From Candidatus Ferrigenium altingense (GTDB lineage Bacteria; Pseudomonadota; Gammaproteobacteria; Burkholderiales; Gallionellaceae): a DNA stretch of 64,000 nt. The DNA lies in the NCBI GenBank assembly GCA_020621985.1, contig JAHRYS010000002.1, positions 241,730-305,729 of the forward strand, written 5' to 3'. Shown one piece after another: positions 1 to 9,474 of the stretch. The notes beneath the pieces were generated by a model that saw nothing but the letters and a program-made list of their open reading frames with translations, was not told the DNA's origin and ran no database searches. The stretch's first letter is position 1. Every line of letters begins with the position of its first letter. Position numbers and translations under genes: made by a program.

Positions 1-431
1 CCCGCCGCGCGCCAGCCGCCCAGTATGTTGCGGTGCTCTTCCGCGTCCTTCTCGCCTTCAAAGCCTTCCAGCACGTTGTAGCAGTCGCTGTAACCGGCTT
101 TGGTGGCGGCAGTGGCGGCGGCGTTGGAGCGCATTCCGCTGCGGCAGATGAACAGCGCCAGTGCCTCCTTATCCACCTGCTGCTCGAGCTGGGTGATGAA
201 AAGCGGGTTGGGTTTCATGCCCGGGTAGATTGCCCATTCGATTTCCACGGCATCGGGTATGCGGCCGACCCAGTCCAGTTCGGCGCGGCTGCGCACATCC
301 ACCAGTTTGGCGCCGGGCGCGTTTTGTAATATTTCATAAGCCTCGTCCGGATACAGCGCGCCCTCGTAGGGCAGATTCATTTCCTTGGCGCGTTGTTGTG
401 CGGCTTGCAGAATGGCGGTAATTTTCCCCAT
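1..431 (-). CDS. Rhodanese-like domain protein (runs off the left edge of the window)
   Basis: Not in the ORF track. Manual translation from ATG at 431 gives MGKITAILQAAQQRAKEMNLPYEGAL...LVDVRSRAELDWVG...LFICRSGMRS...YNVLEGFEG...GGWRAAG, with the LVDVR motif and CRSGxRS active-site loop. Confidence 0.9.
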   Translation of the reverse strand, partial: MGKITAILQAAQQRAKEMNLPYEGALYPDEAYEILQNAPGAKLVDVRSRAELDWVGRIPDAVEIEWAIYPGMKPNPLFITQLEQQVDKEALALFICRSGMRSNAAATAATKAGYSDCYNVLEGFEGEKDAEEHRNILGGWRAA

Positions 432-514
432 ATCATTTCTTTCATAGCGTTGTTTAACGAATCTGGCGCAGGTGATATGCTGCGCAGCGACAGTCACATA
501 GTAGCGCAACCGGC

Positions 515-1705
515 ATGAAAAATCACATCCATAAACATCAATCCCAGGCTGAAATCGGGGCTTTTGAGCCGATGCACCCAGAGCGTTTTGCCGCCGCGCA
601 AAAAAGCACGTGGGTGAGCATCGTCATCAATTTGCTGCTGACGTTCTTTCAGGTTGTGGGCGGATTTTTCGCGCATTCGCAAGCCCTGATGTCCGATGGT
701 TTGCATTCGCTGTCGGATTTGATGTCCGATGTGCTGGTGCTGTATGCGAACCGGCACGGCAACCGGCACGCCGATGCCGACCATCCTTACGGGCATGCGC
801 GGGTGGAAACTGCCGCAACGCTTATCCTGGGCACATTCCTGGCGGCACTCGGCGTGGTGCTGCTGGTGGCTGCCGCGATGCGCCTGCAACACCCCGAGGC
901 GTTGCAGGCGGTCAATCCGGTCGCGCTTGCGATCGCGGTTATCGCCTTGGTCGCCAAGGAGGGCATGTTCCGTTACATGCTGGCGGTGGCCAAGCGGGTA
1001 CGCTCGCAGATGCTGGTGGCCAACGCATGGCATGCGCGTTCGGATGCGGCGTCTTCATTGGTGGTTATCGTCGGGATCGTCGGTAACCTGCTCGGCTATA
1101 CCTTCTTCGATTTGCTCGCCGCTGCGGTGGTGGGGGTGATGATCGCGCATATGGGCGGCAAGCTGGCTTTGGAGGCGATGGCCGAATTGATCGACACCGG
1201 GCTGGATGCGGAGGAGGTCGAGGCCATCCGGCAAACCCTGCTCAATACCCATGGCGTGCGGGCGCTGCATGAGTTACGCACGCGCAAGATGGCCGACAAT
1301 GCACTGGTTGATGCGCATATCGTGGTCGACCCCAAGATCAGCGTGTCGGAAGGGCATTACATTGCCGAATCGGCGCGTTATGCCGTGCTCAACAACCATC
1401 ATGTGATGGATGTGATGGTGCATATCGACCCGGAAGATGACCTGCAAGCCAAACCGAACGCGCATCTGCCCGGCCGCCCCGGTTTGCTGGCGCATCTGGC
1501 CGAGCGGCTGGGGGAACCGGATTTGCCGGATAATCGCGTGGTGTTTCACTATCTGGACGGCAAGGTCGATGCCGAAATCTACCTGGCCGCCGCCAGCCGG
1601 CAGGCCGGGCAGGCCGATGCGTTGCAGGCGCGCTGCGATGAACTGGTGCGCGATGATGAGTTCTTCCGTGCCATTCATGTCCATCGCAGCCATGCACAAA
1701 ATTAG
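515..1705 (+). CDS. Cation diffusion facilitator (FieF-like) with C-terminal extension
   Basis: SQALMSDGLHSLSD, HPYGHARVE, NAWHARSD and VMVHIDP motifs; multiple TM helices. Confidence 0.9.
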   Translation: MKNHIHKHQSQAEIGAFEPMHPERFAAAQKSTWVSIVINLLLTFFQVVGGFFAHSQALMSDGLHSLSDLMSDVLVLYANRHGNRHADADHPYGHARVETAATLILGTFLAALGVVLLVAAAMRLQHPEALQAVNPVALAIAVIALVAKEGMFRYMLAVAKRVRSQMLVANAWHARSDAASSLVVIVGIVGNLLGYTFFDLLAAAVVGVMIAHMGGKLALEAMAELIDTGLDAEEVEAIRQTLLNTHGVRALHELRTRKMADNALVDAHIVVDPKISVSEGHYIAESARYAVLNNHHVMDVMVHIDPEDDLQAKPNAHLPGRPGLLAHLAERLGEPDLPDNRVVFHYLDGKVDAEIYLAAASRQAGQADALQARCDELVRDDEFFRAIHVHRSHAQN

Positions 1706-1740
1706 TGCGTAAGCGGCCTGTTATGCCCGTTTTAGGTGCA
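1693..1740 (+). promoter_or_regulatory. Two NtrC-binding enhancer sites for glnA
   Basis: TGCACAAAATTAGTGCG (1693-1709) and TGCCCGTTTTAGGTGCA (1724-1740) match the 17-bp TGCAC-N7-GTGCA consensus. They are 31 bp apart and upstream of a sigma54 promoter. Confidence 0.8.
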
Positions 1741-1802
1741 AATATTTTCTGTGCCGCATGATGGCCTTATGGCACAATGCCGTCCTGTCATGTATGAAGA
1801 AT

Positions 1803-1818
1803 TGGCACGCTTCGTGCA
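1803..1818 (+). promoter_or_regulatory. sigma54 (-24/-12) promoter of glnA
   Basis: TGGCAC-GCTTC-GTGCA, with correct GG/GC spacing. Confidence 0.85.
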
Positions 1819-1896
1819 ATGCTTTATGCGTATAAAATTCCAGATTTCAGTTGAGCAGTTTAATTTTTAATTTTCGTATTTTTGTGGGAGAAAACT

Positions 1897-3312
1897 ATGT
1901 CGATGTCGGTAAATGATGTGTTGAAGATGATTAAAGACCATGACGTCAAGTTCGTGGATTTCCGTTTTACCGATACGCGCGGCAAGGAGCAGCACGTCGG
2001 TGTGCCGGCCAAGTACGTGGATCTGGACAAATTTGAAGACGGCCATGCGTTCGATGGTTCCTCCATCGCCGGCTGGAAAGGCATCCAGGCCTCGGACATG
2101 CTGTTGATGCCGGACCCGGCGACGGCCTATCTCGATCCGTTCATGGACGAAAACACCCTGGTGATCACCTGCGACGTCGTGGAACCGACCGACGGCAAGG
2201 GCTATGACCGCGATCCGCGCTCCATCGCGAAGCGCGCCGAAGCCTACCTGAAGTCCAGCGGCATCGGCGACACCGCCTTCTTCGGCCCGGAGCCCGAATT
2301 CTTCATCTTTGACTCGGTGAACTGGCATGTCGACATGTCCGGCTGCTCCGTCAAGATCAATTCCGAAGAGGCAGCCTGGTCTTCCGCCGAGAAATTCGAT
2401 GGCGGCAACACCGGCCACCGCCCGACCGTCAAGGGCGGCTATTTCCCGGTTCCGCCGGTCGACAGCCTGAACGACATCCGCGCGGCGATGTGCCTAGCGC
2501 TGGAAGACATCGGCATCGAAGTGGAAGTGCATCACCATGAAGTAGCGACCGCCGGACAGTGCGAAATCGGCACCAAGTTCAACACCCTGGTGCGCCGCGC
2601 CGACCAGACCCAGGCATTGAAATACGTGGTGCATAACGTCGCGCACCAATACGGCAAAACCGCCACCTTCATGCCCAAGCCCATCGTCGGCGACAACGGT
2701 TCCGGCATGCATGTGCACCAATCGATCTGGAAGGACGGCAAGAACACGTTCGCGGGCAACGGCTACGCCGGCCTGTCCGATACCGCGCTGTATTATATCG
2801 GCGGCATCATCAAGCACGCCAAGGCGCTGAATGCGATCTGCAACCCCGGCACCAACTCCTACAAGCGCCTGGTTCCGCATTACGAAGCGCCCACCAAGCT
2901 GGCTTACTCGGCGAAGAACCGCTCCGCTTCGATCCGTATCCCGCATGTGACCAGCGACAAGGCGCGCCGCATCGAGACCCGTTTCCCGGACCCGACCGCG
3001 AACCCGTATCTGTGCTTCACGGCCTTGATGATGGCCGGCCTGGATGGCATCCAGAACAAGATACACCCCGGCGATCCGGCCGACAAGAACCTGTATGACC
3101 TGCCGCCGGAAGAAGACGCGAAGATCCCGACCGTGTGCAGTTCGCTGGATGAAGCGCTGGCGCACCTGGACAAGGATCGCGAATTCCTGACGCGCGGCGG
3201 CGTGTTCTCCAACGACTTCATCGATGCTTTCATCGCATTGAAGATGGACGAGGTGACCCGTTTGCGCATGACCACGCATCCGGTCGAGTTCGACATGTAT
3301 TACAGCATCTGA
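1897..3312 (+). CDS. glnA: Glutamine synthetase type I
   Basis: [50 protein letters not shown] and the NLYDLP adenylylation site. ATG 1897 follows a GGGAGA RBS. Confidence 0.98.
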   Translation: MSMSVNDVLKMIKDHDVKFVDFRFTDTRGKEQHVGVPAKYVDLDKFEDGHAFDGSSIAGWKGIQASDMLLMPDPATAYLDPFMDENTLVITCDVVEPTDGKGYDRDPRSIAKRAEAYLKSSGIGDTAFFGPEPEFFIFDSVNWHVDMSGCSVKINSEEAAWSSAEKFDGGNTGHRPTVKGGYFPVPPVDSLNDIRAAMCLALEDIGIEVEVHHHEVATAGQCEIGTKFNTLVRRADQTQALKYVVHNVAHQYGKTATFMPKPIVGDNGSGMHVHQSIWKDGKNTFAGNGYAGLSDTALYYIGGIIKHAKALNAICNPGTNSYKRLVPHYEAPTKLAYSAKNRSASIRIPHVTSDKARRIETRFPDPTANPYLCFTALMMAGLDGIQNKIHPGDPADKNLYDLPPEEDAKIPTVCSSLDEALAHLDKDREFLTRGGVFSNDFIDAFIALKMDEVTRLRMTTHPVEFDMYYSI

Positions 3313-3325
3313 TTCGGTCTCACAA

Positions 3326-3368
3326 AGCAGAACGACAAAACGGGGCGCAAGCCCCGTTTTGTTTTGCT
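3326..3368 (+). terminator. Rho-independent terminator after glnA
   Basis: ACAAAACGGGGC-GCAA-GCCCCGTTTTGT hairpin with T-rich tail. Confidence 0.85.
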
Positions 3369-3436
3369 CCGCAAAAGTTTGTCTGTACACAATGCTTGCC
3401 CTATACTTGCCCGCGATACTTTGCAGGAGAATGGAA

Positions 3437-3910
3437 ATGAAGCTCGGATACTTGCTTGCGATGATAAGCCTCTGCCCGTTGTTGGCGCAGGCGGAGATAT
3501 ACAAGGCTGTCGATGCCGATGGCCATGTCACTTATTCCAGCACACCGATCAAGGGCGGCAAAAAGATCATCCTCGAGCCGTTGCCCACCATGGTTCCGCC
3601 GGCGCGCGCGCGTTCGTCCGCTTCGCCCGAGGGCTTTCCGAGAGTAGACGGTGCAACGCAAAAAGGCCGCGATGACACGCGTCGCAAGATTCTGCAGGAC
3701 GAGTTGAGCACCGAGGAGAAATTGCTTGAAGAGGCCAGGCAGAACCTGAAAGAGGGCGAAGACACGCCAGAAGTCTATCGGGGCAAGGACGGCAAGACTT
3801 ATCGCAATGTGGCGAAATACGAAGAGAAAATTCAGTCTCTGAAAGACCAGGTCGAGTTGCACAGCAAGAATATCGAAGCGCTCAAAACCGAGTTGTCCAA
3901 ACTCAAGTAG
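3437..3910 (+). CDS. DUF4124-domain exported protein
   Basis: Signal peptide (AQA|E), IYKAVDADGHVTYSSTP motif and coiled-coil C-terminus; typical position between glnA and ntrB. Confidence 0.8.
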   Translation: MKLGYLLAMISLCPLLAQAEIYKAVDADGHVTYSSTPIKGGKKIILEPLPTMVPPARARSSASPEGFPRVDGATQKGRDDTRRKILQDELSTEEKLLEEARQNLKEGEDTPEVYRGKDGKTYRNVAKYEEKIQSLKDQVELHSKNIEALKTELSKLK

Positions 3911-3925
3911 ATTTTTCCCTCTGGC

Positions 3926-4990
3926 ATGTTTCCTGCTGCGCAAGAATGTATGCCTGACTTCCCGACCCTTACGCTCGAACACCTCGCCACCGCCGTTATC
4001 CTGCTGGACGAGGAGGCGCGCGTCATCTATCTCAACCCGGCCGCAGAACACCTGTTCGACGTGAGCGGCAAGAACCTGCTCGGGCACCCGGTGCAGCAGG
4101 CATTCACGGATAGCGGTCAATTGGCCAATGCGATGCAGCACGCGATCCGGGACAACGCCAGCTACATCGAACACGACCTGACGCTGGGCACACATGCGCA
4201 CGGCAAGCTGCATTTGCGCTGCGCGGCGACGCCGGTACAGCTTGAGAAACGCTGCCTGTTGCTGGAATTCCACCCGATGGATCGTCCGCTCAAGCTGGCG
4301 CGTGAGGAGCAGATGCTGGATCAGACGCAGGCCAGCCGCCTGTTGTTGCGCAACCTCGCGCACGAGATCAAGAACCCGCTCGGCGGCATACGCGGCGCGG
4401 CGCAATTGCTCGAGCAGGAACTGGAAAAGCCGGCCTTGCGCGAATACACCCAGGTCATCGTGCAGGAGGCGGACCGGCTGCGCTCGCTGATGGAAAAATT
4501 GCTCTCCCCGCAAAATGCCTCGCACTACAGCGCGCTCAACATCCACGAAGTGCTGGAACGCGTGCGCAGCGTGGTGCTGGCGGAAATGCCGGCAGGATTG
4601 ACGATCCAGCGCGATTACGACATCAGCCTGCCCGCGCTGATCGGCGACAAGGAGCAACTGATCCAGGCGATGCTCAACATCGTGCGCAATGCCGCGCAGG
4701 CGATGCAGGGCAGCGGCACCATCACCCTGCGCACCCGCATTGCGCGGCAGGTGACGCTGGTCAAGCGCCGCCACCGCCTCGCGGTGATGGTGCAGATCAT
4801 CGACAACGGCCCCGGCATCCCGCCGGAACTGCAAGACAAGATTTTTTATCCGCTGGTATCGGGGCGCGCCGACGGCCACGGGCTCGGGTTGACGCTGGCG
4901 CAGGACTACGTCAGCCAGCATCACGGCGCGATAGAATTCGACAGCGAACCGGGACGCACATGTTTTACCGTGCTGCTTCCGCTTCCTTAA
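3926..4990 (+). CDS. glnL: Nitrogen regulation sensor kinase NtrB
   Basis: PAS domain, LAHEIKNPLGGIRGAAQLL H-box, DNGPGIP and GLGL. The start may be 3950. Confidence 0.95.
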   Translation: MFPAAQECMPDFPTLTLEHLATAVILLDEEARVIYLNPAAEHLFDVSGKNLLGHPVQQAFTDSGQLANAMQHAIRDNASYIEHDLTLGTHAHGKLHLRCAATPVQLEKRCLLLEFHPMDRPLKLAREEQMLDQTQASRLLLRNLAHEIKNPLGGIRGAAQLLEQELEKPALREYTQVIVQEADRLRSLMEKLLSPQNASHYSALNIHEVLERVRSVVLAEMPAGLTIQRDYDISLPALIGDKEQLIQAMLNIVRNAAQAMQGSGTITLRTRIARQVTLVKRRHRLAVMVQIIDNGPGIPPELQDKIFYPLVSGRADGHGLGLTLAQDYVSQHHGAIEFDSEPGRTCFTVLLPLP

Positions 4991-5010
4991 TCCGGACGAT
5001 CCGGACAAAT

Positions 5011-5054
5011 GTAGGTCGGGCTGCGCCCGACATGGTGGGCATAGCCCACCCTAC
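5011..5054. repeat. GTAG-type REP doublet
   Basis: GTAGGTCGGGCTGCGCCCGAC followed by an inverted ...GGTGGGCATAGCCCACCCTAC. Confidence 0.7.
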
Positions 5055-5079
5055 GGTTAATGCCATAGAGGTGAATGAA

Positions 5080-6471
<1,392 letters not shown>

Positions 6472-6476
6472 GAGGG

Positions 6477-6548
6477 GTAGGGGCGGGTTTCAAACCCGCC
6501 CTTTTATGAAGGGTAAATAAATCAGGGCGGGTTTCAACCCCCCCCTAC
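6477..6548. repeat. GTAG-type REP doublet between convergent ntrC and mpl
   Basis: GTAGGGGCGGGTTTCAAACCCGCCC and an inverted copy ending CCCCTAC. Confidence 0.75.
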
Positions 6549-7873
6549 GCCAATCTTTTGAGCAGCTTCTCGTGTATCCCGCCGAAGCCGCCGTTGCTCA
6601 TCACCAGCACCTGATCGCCTGAGCGCGTGGCGGCGGCGATGGCTTCGATCAGCTCGTCGAGGTCATCCTTCACCACGGCCTTCTCACCCAAGGGCGCCAG
6701 CGCGCCGCGCGCATCCCAGCCGAGATTGCCGGCGTAGCAGAACACCAGGTCGGCATCCTTCAGGCTGCCGGGTAGTGCGTCCTTCATCACACCCAGTTTC
6801 ATGGTGTTGGAGCGCGGCTCCAGCACCGCGAGGATGCGCGCATTGCCGGCCTTGCGGCGCAGCCCGGCGACGGTGGTGTCGATCGCGGTGGGGTGATGCG
6901 CGAAGTCGTCATACACGGTGATGCCGTTGACCGTGCCGCGCACTTCCATGCGCCGCTTCACGTTCAGGAATTTGCTTAATGCAGCCAAACCCTGCACCAC
7001 CGGCACACCGGCATGGCGCGCCGCGCCAAGCGCGGCAAGCGCGTTCATGCGGTTGTGCTCGCCGAGCAAGTCCCAATCGAGCGTGCCTTGCGGTTTGCCG
7101 TTCAGCGTCACGCATTCGTCCGCGTCGATGTTCCAACCCTCATCACTGCCGAACATTTCCACCGGCGTCCAGCAGCCGCGCTGAAGCACGCGCCGCAACG
7201 ATTCCTCGCGCCCGTTGTTTACCACCAACCCGTTGCCGGGCACGGTGCGCACCAGATGGTGGAACTGCGTCTCGATGGCCGCAAGATCGGGGAAGATGTC
7301 GGCGTGGTCGAATTCCAGGTTGTTCAGGATCGCGGTGCGCGGGCGGTAATGCACGAACTTGGAGCGCTTGTCGAAGAAGGCCGTATCGTATTCGTCGGCT
7401 TCGATGACGAAGAACGGCGACTCGGTGAGCCGCGCCGAGATGCCGAAGTTCTGCGGCACGCCGCCGATCAGGAAGCCGGGGTTCAGTCCGGCGTATTCCA
7501 GTATCCACGCCAGCATCGAGGAGGTCGTTGTCTTGCCGTGCGTGCCCGCCACCCCCAGCACCCACTTGTCGCGCAACAAGGTATCTGCCAGCCATTGCGG
7601 GCCGGAAACATAGGGCAGGTTGCGGTTGAGAATTTCTTCCATCAGCGGATTGCCGCGCGACACCACGTTGCCGATGACGAACATATCCGGCTTGAGTTCG
7701 AGCTGTTCGACGCCGAAGCCTTCGGTCAGTGCGATGCCCTGAGCCTCCAGCTGCGTGCTCATCGGCGGATAGACGTTGGCGTCGCAGCCGGTCACGCGAT
7801 AGCCCGCCTGCTTGGCGATGGCCGCGATGCCGCCCATGAAGGTGCCGCAGATGCCGAGGATGTGAATGTGCAT
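6545..7873 (-). CDS. mpl: UDP-MurNAc:L-Ala-gamma-D-Glu-mDAP ligase (murein peptide ligase)
   Basis: MHIHILGICGTFMGG, VAGTHGKTTT, EADEYDTAFFDKRSKF, DDFAHHPTA and MSNGGFGG. Confidence 0.97.
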   Translation of the reverse strand: MHIHILGICGTFMGGIAAIAKQAGYRVTGCDANVYPPMSTQLEAQGIALTEGFGVEQLELKPDMFVIGNVVSRGNPLMEEILNRNLPYVSGPQWLADTLLRDKWVLGVAGTHGKTTTSSMLAWILEYAGLNPGFLIGGVPQNFGISARLTESPFFVIEADEYDTAFFDKRSKFVHYRPRTAILNNLEFDHADIFPDLAAIETQFHHLVRTVPGNGLVVNNGREESLRRVLQRGCWTPVEMFGSDEGWNIDADECVTLNGKPQGTLDWDLLGEHNRMNALAALGAARHAGVPVVQGLAALSKFLNVKRRMEVRGTVNGITVYDDFAHHPTAIDTTVAGLRRKAGNARILAVLEPRSNTMKLGVMKDALPGSLKDADLVFCYAGNLGWDARGALAPLGEKAVVKDDLDELIEAIAAATRSGDQVLVMSNGGFGGIHEKLLKRLA

Positions 7874-7897
7874 AGTTGTCCTGCTTCGTTGCCAAGG

Positions 7898-7944
7898 CCC
7901 TCACCCGCCCTGTCGGGCACCCTCTCCCGCATGCGGGAGAGGGG
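7898..7944. repeat. Palindromic extragenic repeat (CCCTCACCC...CCCTCTCCCGC-AT-GCGGGAGAGGG type)
   Basis: Near-perfect hairpin in the intergenic space. Confidence 0.6.
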
Positions 7945-7962
7945 AAGGTAAGAGGGTGGGTT

Positions 7963-8343
7963 TTAAGCCCGAAAAATAAAATACACCGCGCCCATCAGGC
8001 ACAGCGTCGCATATAGATAATCCCACTTCAGCGGCTGGTTCATGTACAGCACCGCGAACGGCACGAACACCGACAGCGTGATGACCTCCTGCAGGATCTT
8101 CAACTGCCCCAGATCCATCGCGGTATAGCCGATGCGGTTCGCGGGCACCATGATCAGGTACTCGAACAGCGCGATGCCCCAGCTGATCAGCGCCGCGATA
8201 TACCACGGCGAGCTGGCGAAGTTCTTCAGGTGCCCGTACCACGCAAACGTCATGCGGGTGCCCGGACAAAAGTTTTTCGTAAACAGATTGGAAACGGCCA
8301 GCATCAGCGCCGTGACCAGCAGCGGGTGCGAGATCAGGTTCAT
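7963..8343 (-). CDS. DMT-family (DUF486) small membrane protein
   Basis: MTFAWYGHLK, SWGIALFEY, VPANRIGY and QLKILQEVITL motifs; carries an apparent 9-aa insertion. Confidence 0.85.
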   Translation of the reverse strand: MNLISHPLLVTALMLAVSNLFTKNFCPGTRMTFAWYGHLKNFASSPWYIAALISWGIALFEYLIMVPANRIGYTAMDLGQLKILQEVITLSVFVPFAVLYMNQPLKWDYLYATLCLMGAVYFIFRA

Positions 8344-8365
8344 CGTCCGTACATCCGGAGCAGGA

Positions 8366-8821
8366 TTAATTTACTCCCAGCAACTCGATATCGAACAACA
8401 GCGTCGCATTCGGCGGAATCGTCTCACCCGCACCCATCGGTCCATAACCCAGGTGCGCGGGGATAACCAGCGTGCGCTGCCCGCCGACCTTCATGCCTGC
8501 CACGCCCTGATCCCAGCCCTTGATGACGCGCCCTCCTCCGAGCGGAAAATCGAACGGCTGGTTGCGGTCGTGCGAGCTGTCGAACTTCCTGCCCTTGTGG
8601 CCGGGAGCCGCTTCGCTGTATAGCCAGCCGGTGTAATGCACCGTTACGTTGTGCCCTGCGGTAGCTTCGGTGCCTTCACCCAGCTTGGTGTCGGTTTTGG
8701 CCAGTTCGGCCACGACACCGGTTTCCTTTTGTGTTGCGGCCTGTTTGGAGCAGGCGGTGATCGAAAAAATGCCGGCGGTCAGCAGCAAGGCCAGCGGTAA
8801 AAACAAAGCGCGCTTCATCAT
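8366..8821 (-). CDS. FKBP-type peptidyl-prolyl isomerase, lipoprotein
   Basis: [19 protein letters not shown] and IPPNATL motifs; lipobox ITA|C. Start placed at MMKRALF. Confidence 0.93.
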   Translation of the reverse strand: MMKRALFLPLALLLTAGIFSITACSKQAATQKETGVVAELAKTDTKLGEGTEATAGHNVTVHYTGWLYSEAAPGHKGRKFDSSHDRNQPFDFPLGGGRVIKGWDQGVAGMKVGGQRTLVIPAHLGYGPMGAGETIPPNATLLFDIELLGVN

Positions 8822-8854
8822 GTTACGTTTCTCCATAATTATCCTGAAAACCAT

Positions 8855-8990
8855 TTCACCACGAAGGCACGAAGATCGCGAAGTTTCTGCATGCAGTTGC
8901 ATGATATTTAACACTCACCCAAAAGGTGTGTCACATTGCTCAAAAAACCCTTTGTTTTTTCTTTGTGCGCTTCGTGTTCTTCGTGGTTAA
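8855..8990. repeat. MITE-like element with internally repetitive inverted ends
   Basis: TTCACCACGAAGGCACGAAG...CTTCGTGTTCTTCGTGGTTAA, lying between the two FKBP genes. Confidence 0.6.
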
Positions 8991-9021
8991 ACCAGGTTTT
9001 GTTGCAGGGTATGCGGTGAAC

Positions 9022-9474
9022 CTAGCGTACCGCCAGCAGCTCGACATCGAACACCAGCGTCGCATTCGGCGGAATCACCCCGCCCGCGCCGCGTGCGCCG
9101 TAACCCAGATGCGCGGGGATGAGCAGCGTGCGCTGCCCGCCGATCTTCATGCCTTCCACGCCCTGATCCCAGCCCTTGATGACTTCCCCTCCGCCGAGCG
9201 AAAAATGAAACGGCTCACTGCGGTCATGCGAGCTGTCGAATTTCTTGCCCTTGTGATCTGGCGCGGCTTCCTCGTACAGCCAGCCGGTGTAATGCACCAG
9301 CACATCCTTGCCGGCGGTAGCTTCTGTGCCTTCGCCCAGTTTGGTATCGGTTTTGATCAGTTCAGTCATGACGCTTGTTCCTCTTTGTGTTTTGGCCTGT
9401 TCGGAGTAGGCCGTGGTTGAAAAAATGCCGGCAGTCAGCAGCAAAGCCAGCGGTAAAAAAGTGATGCGTTTCAT
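9022..9474 (-). CDS. FKBP-type peptidyl-prolyl isomerase (tandem paralog)
   Basis: Same FKBP motifs and highly similar to 8366-8821. Confidence 0.93.
   Translation of the reverse strand: MKRITFLPLALLLTAGIFSTTAYSEQAKTQRGTSVMTELIKTDTKLGEGTEATAGKDVLVHYTGWLYEEAAPDHKGKKFDSSHDRSEPFHFSLGGGEVIKGWDQGVEGMKIGGQRTLLIPAHLGYGARGAGGVIPPNATLVFDVELLAVR

Noticed and set aside
4960-5079. N-terminal extensions of NtrC, and likewise at 17569 (Fnr-like), 15533 (PabB) and 8822-8914 (FKBP)
   Set aside because: These are read-through of REP or intergenic DNA; better starts with family-typical N-termini lie downstream.
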